From Geosiphon pyriformis uo1 (lineage: Eukaryota > Fungi > Glomeromycota), in NCBI GenBank assembly GCA_016748015.1, contig JAAOMT010000468.1, positions 248,001 to 312,000 on the forward strand: a stretch of 64,000 nucleotides of DNA. Reading direction: 5' to 3'. Every line of letters starts with the position of its first letter. The stretch's first letter is position 1. A model generated the notes under the pieces. The model had not been told where the DNA came from and did no database searches. It was given only the letters and a program-made list of their open reading frames with translations. The position numbers and the translations under genes were made by a program. Shown in pieces: positions 1 to 11,967 of the stretch.

Positions 1-3000
1 ACTGTGGCAGAAGGTGATTATTGAATTTGAGGAGTGGAATCAAGCAGATCTTTTAGTGGCTAGGTGGTCCATCCTAATTGGGAAAGATACAGTGTGTATT
101 GCCAGATCAGATTTGAACAAAATAACATGGGATATGAAAGATCATTATAGGGTGCTGCTTTATACTCTTTTGGTGGGAACAAATGCTTATGACATATAAG
201 ACTACATTGGTTCTGTGGGTGGGAAAACATGTATGATTGATTGCTATCCAGTTACATATGCCCGGGCCAGATGTACCATTGTTTGTTTTGAGTCAGCTGA
301 ATCATTAGATACCATCATAGGAACCACACCTGTGTTAAAAGATGTTCATCTTTGTTGGTCTTATCTTGGTTCTGCTGTATATGCAAAGTGTGGAAAACTG
401 GGTCATTCCTCTTTGGGCTGTGTTTCAGGTGGGAAATCTTCCTCTGGTGGCTTGCCATATCATGTTCTTTCAGATGCAGATAAAAGCAGGCTGGCAGCTA
501 TTTATGCTAAGTGTTTGGCACCTATTGCTCATCCTGTTTCTTTTGGTGATGTCTTATGGACTGAGATTATTGGTGGATCCTCCTTTTCTTCTCCTTTTGT
601 TCAAAATGTTTTGTTGAATGATGGCTTCTTTTCGGAGATGAAGCCTACTCTGCAGGTGTCTTTGGTGTTAAATGACAGATTTGCCACTCTTGAGCACAGT
701 CTCACCAGCCTTGTAGAGCATGTGGATAAGCTGACTAAGAAGTTGGATGCACCTGGGCCAATGGTTTCCCAGCTTAGCCTTGGATTTTAATTGTTGGTGA
801 CCCCTTCATCACAGAATCAAGGGGCAGATACAGTGATAAGTAAGAGTTTGGGTGTGGACACTAATGGTGGAACTGTTGCAGAAATGACAGTTTTTGATTC
901 TTTGGTTGTCTTGAAAATAAAGGAAACATTGAAAAATTTTTCAATTACAGTTATGAGTCTTTTGGCTAAAATGGACAATGCTAGTTTGATTCCTGCTTCT
1001 CATTTTTCTCAATAACAAATCTAGTTTGGAAAATTGTGATGTGCAATGTTCAAAGTATCAATGTTTCTGCTAAGCAAGAAGACATTGTTCATTGACATAA
1101 GGAATCAGACAATTTGGTCTCGATTGTTACAGAAACAAAATTATGGTCCAGCATTAAGCCATGAATTGCTGATAAGTTTGAGGATGTGTGGGTCTTTACA
1201 TCTGGCTTGGACAAGGGTTTTCTTGGTGCTGGAGTAGCAATAATTATGAACATTTGTTTGGTCTATTATGTATCTAAGATTGAAGAAGTTCTTAGTTGGA
1301 TGGTTTTAGTGTATCTTTTGTTCAAGAGCAAGCTTTTGGTTACATTTCTGGGCTTGTACGCTAGTGCTTCTGCTGATGCTAGGTTTGGTCAGACTCTGGA
1401 GGTGAACTTATTAATTGCTAAGACTGTCAACTTTAGCACTTTTGTTGTCTTGGGTGGTGACTTCAATGAAAATGGGTCTGAGAAGAGTGTGAGTTTCAAG
1501 TTCTGTTTGGATTTGGGTTTGGTCAACTCATTTGCTGGCCATCATTTGGTTAAGACTCCTACTTGGAGCAACTCGAAGAGAGTTGAAAAGACTATTGATT
1601 ATATTTTTTTTAGTGAGAGCTTGTCTTCTACTGTTGCTAGTCATGGAATTGGTTCTGTTTCTGGCTTTTTTGATACTGATCACAAGGCTGTTACTGTGTC
1701 CATTGGTTTAGGTGGATTTTTGGATATTTGTTTAAATAGTTTACACAAGCAGACCAATAAGAATTGTTGGAAGTTTAGAATTAAAGATGCCAACAGTGCA
1801 AAGTGGTCTTGTTTTAAGGAACACTCTTCCACTAAGCTTTTAGGGATTGGAGAGAAATTGCAGAATGCTGGAGCTCTTTTGGATTTGGATCTAATGTAGT
1901 CATTGTTGGAAAAAATGATGGTAGAATTAGCTGACGAAGTGTTTTCTAGGCATTGGTTCAGTGAATTTCAGTGTTCTAGAAATAAGCAGTTTTCTAGGTT
2001 TTTTGGGCTGGAAATGTTGGTTGCAAAGATTGTTAGGGTGTTGGGCTCAGGTAATATTTCTAGTCTTGGTTGTCTCTTAAGGAAATAGTTAGTTTTGGAT
2101 GCTAGCAAGGCTTCCATTGTGTTGGCCCTAATTCAGGATAGTGAAAAACTTTCTGTTATTCTTAAACATTTGTCTCTGATCAGAAAAGAATATTGGAAAT
2201 CTAAGATGTATGAGTCATGGTTAGCTGAGGAAGCTTCTATTAGGGAGGCTATTGTAAAACAAATAGACAAGTTTTGTTTGGATAAAGGTGGCATGATCAG
2301 GAGTGTTTTGCACTGTTCCTTTCACAAGGTGGTTCTGAATCATTTGATTGTAGATGATGGTTTAGTTTTGGAACCTGAGAAGGTAAAAGTCAGCGTTGAT
2401 AATATCATGGAGAGTTGGACAAGGAAGTGAATGGTGCCTATGGTGGTGCCTGACCTCTGGACTTGCCAATATGTGCCTTTGGACTATGTGCGAAATGATT
2501 CTTTTTCTGGGGTAATGCACAAAATTGGCTTGGATGAACTGTTTTCAGTCATTAAAGACTTGTCTGATGGCAAAACTGCTGGTTTGTCTGGTATCTCTAA
2601 TGAGTTATGGAAACATAATAGTAATGAGGTATTGGGTTGCCTTTTGGAGCTGTTAAATACATGTTTAGTTGTTGGTGGGGTGCTTACTTTGTGGAAGAGG
2701 GCATGAGTTTCAATAATTCCAAAACCATATAACTGGGATGGGGTCCTCATAAATACTCAACCCATAGCCTTGATTGAGACTGCCTGGAAGATTTTTTCTA
2801 AGATCTTGTCTGATCATATTTTGCAGGCATGTAGTAAATTTGGAGTTCTCTGTAGAGACAACTTTTCGGTTCTAAAAAGCACTTCCACACAGTCTCTGGT
2901 GTTTGCTGTTGGGTCAGTAGTTGAAGATGCAATTGAAAAGAATAGGGAAATATAACTGGTTCTACAAAATATGAGAAAAACTTATGATTCTGTTGAGTGG

Positions 3001-5838
3001 TTTTACTTAAGGGCTAGCCTGCAACATATCAAAATGTGTGATAAATTCATTCAATTTTTTGGTAGTATACAAAAGGATAGGATTAATTATGTGATAACTG
3101 ATTTTGGCTTAACTAAAGACTACAAGGTGCATGATGGATTGGATCAGAATGAGGTTTTTTCACCTCTTCTCTGGAGAATCTTCTACAATTCGCTCCTGTG
3201 TGAGGTTAAGCAACATAAGCAATTGTGTGGTTACTATATTGATACTAAGTTTGTTTTGAGAACTGGCAAAATTAAAAGTTGTGATGGTTTAACATCTTAT
3301 TTTGCTGCAGGGGCATTTGTTGATGATACTATTTGGATTGGGAATTGCCAGATCTCTACTCAATTTGCTCTGAACATTGCCAGTGAATTTTTTGAGATTA
3401 ATGACATTTCTATCAACAGTAATAAGACAGTGGCTATTCCAATTAATCAGAGTGTCAAAGTTGCTTCTTTGTTTATTTGCGGTCAGCCAATCTCTGTTGT
3501 CAGGAAAGATGAAGCTTATCATTATTTAGATATCTTTTTGTCTACTAAGGGTCTGTCTAAACTGAGTGTTGCCAAGGCTTATTCTAATGTTCAATTCTTT
3601 GTTAATGTTGTGCTTAGAAAAGCTATTACAGACAAACAATTCTCCTATTTGATGTCAGCTGTCTTGCAGTCTATTGTTAATTACAGAATTCAGTTCAGTT
3701 TTGTCTTATCAGGTGTTTGTTACAAGTGGGATGTTATGATTCGAAAAGGTCTTAAGGTGAAGGCTAAGCTGTCCCAAGATTTTCCTGATACAGTATTGCA
3801 TCATCCCTCTTTGTATGGTTTGAAAACTTTTAAACAGATTCAGTTTGAAGCAAAAGTTGCAGCTTTGGTTTTCTTTTCCAATGCTTCTGGTATTCTTGGG
3901 CATTTGTTTAATCACAGGTTCTTGGATTTACAGGTTTTGAGTTGGGCTTCTTTAAATCCCTTGCAGTTTCCAGTCAAGTTACATGTTAGTCCAGTGAACA
4001 ATTTTTTGGCTGGCTTGGTTAGGATTTTGTTGGACAATGAGCTTTCTTTGGCAAACAATTTTCCAAATGCTTTTCATGACTCTGGTCAGCTTCTTTTGTC
4101 TTCAATTCTTGGGAAGTTTCTGTACTTCGATTCTGTGCATTCTTTAAAGCACTTTGGTGTTGCTTTTGGGGATAGACTTTTTGATAAGAAGGGTAGTGTG
4201 TTGGATTGAAAAACTTTTCATGAGTAAAAGAGACTGAATTTTTGTGGTCCTGTCCCTCATTGGTTTGTAATTGCTTCTAATCATTTGCTGAACCCAGTTA
4301 TATCTTCATCAAGCTCTGCCAAGTCTGTTCATTCTGGCTTTGTAGATATTATGGAATCTAGTAAGTTTTCTGGTGTGAAAGATGATTTGCATGAAATATG
4401 ATCTGGTTTGTTTGAGATATATACAGATGGGTCCTTAAAAAACACAGGCTCTAGTAGTGTTGCTAGTGGGGCTGCTGCCTATTTTCCCGCATTAGATCAT
4501 AGTGTTAGTGTTTTTGTTGTTGGTCTACTGTCTTCTACTATGACCAAATTGCAAGCCATTGCATTGTCCTTGGAGTGTGTTCTGTCTTCAAGTAATGTGA
4601 TTTTGTATCTTGACAGCCAAGCTGCTATTGATGCTTATGTTTCTGAGCTGTCTTCTACTGTGCCTGATTTCTGTAACCAATACTGGATTAAGAGGCATCA
4701 CATTTTTAATTTGGTTAGAGAAAAAGATCTTAGTGTGAATTGGGTGAAGGTCAAGGACCATTCTAGAATTCATGGTAATATTGAGGCTGATTTGGTAGCT
4801 GGTAAGGCTACATAGTCTTCTTTTAGATTGATGGCTGGAGTGCAGAAGCAGTTTTTGGTTGCTAAAAACACTGCTGTATTGGGTAATGTCTGCCATTTTG
4901 TCAGAGATATGTTTCGATTCATTTGCTATGCTTGTTGGGAGGCTGGTCCTGATTTTGATGTGGTTTCTGAAAATTTGATAAAGTGTGTGAACTGGGTTGC
5001 TACTGTGAAGGTGTGACATCTTGACTCCCATATGCTTGCTGGTTTTACTGATCTTATATCTTCCAATCTGTGCACATACATCATGAAGGCAATACATAGA
5101 CAGTTGCTGGTGGCTGTTCAAAAGAGATTATATGATAAAAAATACCCTGGCATGTTGTGCTTGATGTATAGGGAGGTGGAATTTTCAGATTACATTTTTA
5201 CTTGTGTTGGTAACATTGGTATTTGTAACAATATTCTGGCAAAGGCTTTTGCACGTTGGTCTGCTCTAGTTGGTGCTCACCTTTCATCATCTTCTGCCAT
5301 TTTGCAGGTGTTATTACAGTGTTTCTCAGATCTGGGATTATATACTGTGGTGTATAAAAGGTTTGTCTTGGGTGAATGAAGTGAGAAGACCTATAGGACT
5401 TTTGAGGATAAAAAGGAAGCAGATGTTCAGATAGTTGGGTTTGTGAAATTTATTGTGGAGTTGCATCATGTGAAGACTTGGTTGGTAAGGTCTGGGCACA
5501 GGATTATCATAGAAAGAGCAGGTTTGGTTTATGATGATGGTGTAGTTTCTAGTTTGTTTCGCATTATCCCCTTTTTTTTGTCAGATGGAGTGGTTAGATT
5601 ACTTGGTTTGTGTGAGTCATTTGCTGTTGACTTCAGCCATTGTAAGTTATGTGATTTTTTTTCTGGTCTGAGTGGTAGTGTTAGGGTTTAAGTAAGTGTG
5701 TAGTGTTGCCTTGACTGGTCCAAGTGGCTAGCCACATGTAGAGAGTGTGTGAATTGCATTTAGTTTAAGCCACTTAGTTTGGTTCTTTGTACTAAATAGT
5801 GGTTGGGCTTCACTCATTAAATTGCAATAAAAAAAAAA
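1..5838 (+). mobile_element. LINE (non-LTR retrotransposon) copy 1, inactive, 5' end beyond window
   Basis: ORF1 remnant (14-1015) with degenerate CCHC knuckle (KCGKLGHSSLGC). ORF2 remnant with APE, RT and RNase H. 3' UTR with AATAAA and A-run at 5829-5838. Homologous to copy 2 throughout. Confidence 0.95.
1012..5703 (+). pseudogene. LINE ORF2 (APE endonuclease - reverse transcriptase - RNase H - C-terminal Cys region) with many in-frame stops
   Basis: Motifs GGDFN, IDYIF, DTDH (APE); KTYDSV, EVFSPLLW, AFVDD (RT); IYTDGS, DSQAAI, WVKVKDH (RNase H). ORF-track fragments 1186 to 5443 all share one frame. Start ATG mutated to ATA at 1012. Confidence 0.92.
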
Positions 5839-6964
5839 TTATATTAATTAAATTATATAAAAAATAAATTAAATAATATTATGTATTTTTAGAATTATTT
5901 TTTTATAATTAAGTCTATTATAAATTAAATTTTACAAGATTTAAAAATATTATTATTATTATAACCCAAGTAATTCAAAATAATCTTTATAAAAAGTTGT
6001 TTTAAACTATTTTTAATACCAATTATTTCAAGATTAATAAGACATTTAAGAATGTTTTTATAATTATTAAATTAATTATACAATTAAATATTGTTTATTT
6101 TTTTAAAGTTTTTATGATTAAAATTATTAATTTTAAAGAATTTAATAAAATTTGTTATACATAATTTTATTTTGTAAAAATAAAAAAATTTTTTAAACCA
6201 AAATTGTCTAAAATGTACTTTTGTAAAACAAAAAACAACAAAAACACAATATTATATTTATATTTAAATTACTATTAAGTTTGATATTTTAAATTAAGAA
6301 ATTAACTTAAAAATAAATTCAAGTAAAATTATTAAATTTATAATAAATTACTTTATTTACTTTAAACAAATTGAATTTTTATTTGTTTTTATTAGTTTAT
6401 TTATGTTTTTAATTTAATTAACAATTAATAAAACTTTTTAAGCCAATATTAATTAAAACAAATTTATAATTTGTGTTAAAAAATTTATATATACTATTTA
6501 TTAAACCATTTATAAAAATACTTATAAATAAGTTATTAATAAAAATATAGTTTAAAGTTTTATAAATATTATAAAAGTTACTTTAAGTTTAATTTTAAGC
6601 AAAATTTATATTATATAAATAGTTAATCAAATTTAAATTTTTAAACTTAATTAAATTAGTACTTTATTTTAAAACATTTTTATTTAAATTATTTTTTATT
6701 ATAATAAATTAATACTTATTTATAGTTTTAATAATTATATTATTAATATTCTTAAATTGAAAAAAAAACAGTTTTTTGCAAATACAACAGTATAAATATT
6801 AATAATAACTAAGTAAATTTTGTTTTTAAAAAATAATTTTAAAATTAAACATCTATTATTAATATTAAAAATCTTTTTAATATGTTTAATTAATTTATTG
6901 TTTACAATAATAACTATATTAAAACTTATATTATTTAAAAATTTATTAAAGTAAAATTTTAATT
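5839..6964 (-). mobile_element. Highly eroded older LINE, endonuclease region
   Basis: Minus-strand translation IVIIVNNKLIKHIKKIFNINNRCLILKLFFKNKIYLVIINIY aligns to copy-2 VVIVMNFSLAKHVYKVSEMPGRLLSIRLLFKNKLSVSVLGLY. FIIIKNNLNKNVLK*S (~6661-6710) aligns to FIILGGDFNKNSLKRS. Confidence 0.75.
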
Positions 6965-7107
6965 TACAGTAAACTCTCTTTATAATCACATTTTTTGTTC
7001 AGTATATTTGTGGTGACTATAGAGAAATGGGACTATAAAAAATGATTAATATCTTATCACATGATCTATATATTACATGCATAATATAATAACCAATTAT
7101 ATATATT

Positions 7108-8667
7108 TTATTTAAAAAAGCTATCTATTTGCAATTGTTTTTTCTCTTCTTGAACTTTGAGAACAGTATTATGAATTAATGTTCTCAAAGTTTTAAAAAA
7201 GTTTGAATCAACTTTTTTATTATACTGCTCTTCACAATAGCACAATGTATCTTCAAGTGCAGTTTTACCTTGATCTGTAGATAGCAAAGGCAAAGGTTTA
7301 TCTTCATTTTCACTTCCTAAATCTTTATTTGCATTAGAATTTCCACTATACTTGTTGTTAATAAGATCCACAATTTTATCCTCTGAGACATAAGTAAATA
7401 ATAGTTCAAACTTGTCAATATTAATGAAGTTTATTGCCAATAGCTTGTCAATATCAACATGCTCAATAAAAACTTGTACTTCTTGTAGGAGTTCTTGTTT
7501 AATATCTAATGGATGGACTAACATTTGACTATTATTCAGAATTCCCATATGATGTTAACAGTTTTGGATTGTAGTTGTTGTTATTACTGACTACACATCA
7601 ATTAGAAAATCAACTGCATCCTTTAATGTTACTGTTGATATTAAAATCTTTTCATCATACTGATTAATAAGATGAAAAAGAAACAACTTTCAGTATTGTG
7701 CCTTAAAAAATGCAATAATTTCTACATCTAATAGTTGCAAATGGAATGTTGTATTGGATGATAGGTATCTAATTATAATATTAGATAATACAGAAGATTC
7801 TCTATTATGGAAACCAACATTATCAAACAATAGCAAAATCTTTTTTTTCTTGTGATGTATTTCTTCATTTAATAAATTAAGCCATTCACTAAAAATATTA
7901 GTTTGCATCCATGCTTTTGTATTATAACAATAAGTGATTGGAAGTGCATTCATATTAATATTGCGAAAATATCATGGCTTTACAGCTTTGTCAATAATTA
8001 AAGACTGCAACTTGATGCTGTCTGTTGTATTACAAACAAGAAGTATGGTAATTTGACTTTTATTACACTTGGTGCCAAAGGTAGATTTTGTTGCCAAAGT
8101 TGCATTTGGTGGTATTTTAAAGAATAATGCTGTCTTATTGGTATTGTAAACATTATTTAGATCATATTCGCTGATAATTTCATGCAGTTTCTCTCATTCC
8201 TCTGGTAAAATTTCCAAGGAGGCACTGTTTGCTTCACTATGTATCTTAATGTGGTGCAAATTATGATGTTTCTTGAACTTTTTTAACCAACTATCTGATG
8301 CTTTAAAGTTATTTTCTTTCAGAAACTTTTCAGCAAACTTGAGGGCTTTTGTTTGTAAAATTTTTCTAGTAAGAATGTAGTTAGTAGCTAATGCTTCAAA
8401 CATTCATTCTCCCAGTGCATTATTTATTTTTAGAAACATTTCTTTTCTGTTCTTTGTTAATTGACCAGAGTTGCCAGATACATTCTTTTCAATCCATTAG
8501 TCTGATTTCACGAGTATTTTTGTTACAGTGGAGCAGTCAATCTTTAGATTAAATATTTTGATAAGTCTATTTACTAAGTAGTCAGGATGCTTTAGTTTGT
8601 ACTGGCAGAGAGCCTTTTTAGTCTCGAAGGAGATTGCTGCTTGCTTTTGGTTCACATTTTTTGGCAT
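7108..8667 (-). pseudogene. CENP-B HTH / DDE_1 transposase (~519 codons) with in-frame stops
   Basis: FKASDSWLKKFKKHH..H.EANS (HTH_Tnp_Tc5-like), KAWMQTNIF..W, LLLFDN..H, NTT..LQ.LD motifs. ATG at 8667 and fragments 8403/7953/7548 are in one frame. Confidence 0.9.
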
Positions 8668-9049
8668 GTTAATAAGAACACACTTTTTATTGCATTTTGT
8701 TTTTATAATGTATTGATGTATCTGTTATGTCTTAAATATTATTTTGCCTTATATTTAATCAAACATGTGAGATGTCTTATGTCATATGAGGTGCCTCAGA
8801 TTATAAAAAGTGGCCAAATTATAAAAATAAAGGTTTAAATCCAACTGTAGAATTCTAAGTGCAAATAACAGATTCTTGGTAAAAAGAAACCTAATTTCAA
8901 TAATACATCTGCGACATTTTTTGTTTCTTACCCCCAACTGATAATCAATAATAAAAACTGTCAATTTGATTCTCTGCATACTTGTATAATCACATAGAAG
9001 ATAGCACAATGTTATGTTGTCAAGCTCCCTAAACACAGCAATACCTATA

Positions 9050-10030
9050 TTAATTGAAATATTGATATAAAATACTTTGTACAATGTTAGGTATATCAGA
9101 GTAAAAGTCAACTGCAGTTTTTTAAAAAATGTTCTGATCATTATAAGTCATGGGATTTGATATTTAATATATATAGGCATGCAATAGCTTCTAAATTAAT
9201 GTGGCCATATGTTGTTTCTAAGGAAAATCTATCTGTTGAAGATTACTTAGAATGAGCCCAAAATGAAACAGATTCTATGTTCAGGTTAAAATATGAACAA
9301 GTCTTTTTTTATTTACAAGCAATTATTAACTTTTGCACTGGAGTTTGTTTCAATAGGTCTTCATTAAGACTCGTGGCTAGACAAATGTTTACATCAATTT
9401 AGTCTGTTCAGCACCATCCTATTTACCAATTAGTTGAAATTGCTGATAAAGAACAATGGCTATGATTGAAGCCTGAAGTTTGCAAGCTGATTTAAGAAAG
9501 AATTGTAATTTCTTGATCTAAACTTTTAAATCAACATCAAGGCCATAATGCAATACTTGAAGAAATTAACAAAATGCTCAAATTGTTGATTTTTTCTACA
9601 CTTTCACAACAGCATTGGGAAATTACAATGCATAACTGTATCAAATTTGAGAGATTGCATACTAACTTTTTTAATGTCATCAGATATTCTAAAAGTAAAA
9701 TATACAGATTTTGTACACATCCTAGCTTTATTGCTGAATCAAATTGATTTTGAGTTCAGATAAAAAAGACATAGTTTGTAAATCCAAATGTCTCTAATTG
9801 TGTTTTTTATGATATTGGCCATAAATGGATATTAAGTAAAGAAATGAAAAAATTCAGTGAAATTGCATGGATGAAAAGAATAAATTTTCTTAAAGCAAGG
9901 TGAATTAAGAAAACATTATTAGGTACTTGGAAACCAATTCCAGTAACAAGTAAAGAAGCAGATCATTAAAAAATATAAATCTGTTAATAAAATCACAACT
10001 ATTATCTATTATTAACTCTCTAATACCTCT
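9050..10030 (+). pseudogene. Degenerate ORF inside the pogo element, probably a second (DUF6589-like) transposase fragment
   Basis: One frame reads QLQFFKKCSDHYKSWD...LKYEQVFFYLQAIINF...HHPIYQLVE...QHQGHNAILEEINKMLK, interrupted only by stops. Family assignment is from motif resemblance only. Confidence 0.5.
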
Positions 10031-11236
10031 TTTAAGTAATTATGTTTTCGAAGCTTATCAAATTAATTATGTAACAGCTTAATAAATATTCTTTAAGAAA
10101 TTAGAAATATATTGTATTGTGTATAGTTTTGTTTACATTGGGTTGGGTGTATTATCATTTATAATTAGCATTTTTAAAACATGATATGTTGAGTCTAGGT
10201 CTGAATCTCCATTCTGCATGATTATGTTTGGATTATAAAAAGCATTCAACATGGATTTATTTGCCCCAAAAAAGTTGATTTTTAATACATTTTTAAAACT
10301 ATCAGTCAAATTTTCACTTATTAATACTAAATATTGGTTGAATAATAAATATAATTGCTAATATGGAGTCTTTTTTTAATTGCAGATGCCAAAGTTGATG
10401 TAAAAATGTATTTATTGGGTATATATTGGAATTTTCATGCTCTGAGTTTTATTACTGGTCACATTTTTCTTCCTAAAGAAAGGTAAATTCAAACTCTGTT
10501 CTTAGTTAATTTGCTCAAACAATGTCCCATTAACAAATTTGTTCCTGGAGGATCTTATTAGGCCATTATTCTCACTTGTAGATCTGTTAATTTCTTCTTC
10601 CAATATGGAGAAAAAGTAATCTTATTAACCAAAGTTTGATCCAGAGTAACTTCATCAATATCTGCAGTAACAGTTTCCAAAGCATTACCAGTCTCTAAAG
10701 CACTACCAGTCTCCAAAGCACCAAGAGCAGCAGTACTATACCATATGTTAACTATTATTAAAACTCTCATAATATCCACAAACAACAAGCCAAATATAAT
10801 AGTTCTGTTATTGTTTTCTGATGGCAGTGATGGCTTATAAAAAAAAGGAGTAATTGAATGTTGTAATATTTCAGAAATTTTGTTTAATGTTCTACAATCA
10901 TTTTCAGAAACTTCTCTAATTTTTTTTACTACCATAAAAAAAATGATTTTCATTAACAAATCAGGAAATTTTTCTGATTGTACATGTCCGATTAAATATG
11001 AGATAACATTTGATGTTTATATCTAATATCATATAATTATAGTGTGATTATAAAGAGTGAAAATTACTTATATTCTGCTATTATATTTGTGAGGATAAAG
11101 ATTATAAGGAGATATATATAGTAAAAGTGACTATAAGGAGATAATATTATATATAAATGGTTTTGGTTTTTAAAAAAATGTGATTAAAAGAAGATAATGA
11201 CTATAACTAGAAGGACTATAAAGAGAGTTTACTGTA

Positions 11237-11820
11237 TATACTATTAGTTAATATAAACTTAGTTTCTATAATAATCAAAATAATATAATTATTTTTTATA
11301 TCAATAAACAATATTTTTTGTTTTATAGAAATATTTATATCTTTAATATTACAAATAAATTTTTTATTAAAAAAAATTATTAATTATGTTTAACTATGTT
11401 AAAATATTTATAATTAATTTTAAAAAACTTTTAATATTAGTTTTAAGTTTTTTAAATTACATAAAATTTTGTATTATTATAATTTTTTTTTATTGTTATA
11501 TTATTTACTAAATTCTGTAAAAAAAGCCATCAATAATTTATATTCAGAATAAAACCAAAAAATTATATTCTAAATTAACAAATTTTAATTTAATAGTATT
11601 AAACATTAACAAAAAAAGTATAATATTTAAAAATAAATTAATACTTAATAAAACATCAAAAAAATAAATAAAACACTATTAAAAACTTAAATTTAAGTTT
11701 ATTATTAAAAGAAATCAAATAAAAAATAAAAATTTGTTTTTTAATATATATATATATATATTAATTATTATTTATTAAATAATATATTTTTTTTAATATA
11801 GTTATTAAAATTTTTACCAG
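11237..11820 (-). mobile_element. Eroded older LINE continued (ORF2 N-terminus / ORF1 end)
   Basis: Minus strand 11353-11255 reads CNIKDINISIKQ...IIIETKF, matching the ORF2 start CNVQNINVLAKQ...IFTETKL. It resumes directly across the pogo insertion. Confidence 0.7.
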
Positions 11821-11967
11821 AATTATATATTAGCAAATTAATAAAGAAATTTCTTTCTTTCTTACTTCCAAAAAACTCCAAAAAGCATTTTTTCGAAAAA
11901 AAAGTTTTTATTTTTTTTTTTCTTGTTATCTCTTGCAAACATTTTTCAATCAAATAATCTTTTTGTG

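Larger units (their letters stand above)
6967..11234 (-). mobile_element. pogo/Tigger-like (Tc1-mariner superfamily) DNA transposon with internal cargo
   Basis: Perfect 18-bp TIR CAGTAAACTCTCTTTATA (6967-6984, reverse complement 11217-11234). TA on both sides (6965-66, 11235-36). Subterminal GA(C/T)TATAA-like repeats. Contains a transposase pseudogene. Confidence 0.9.
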
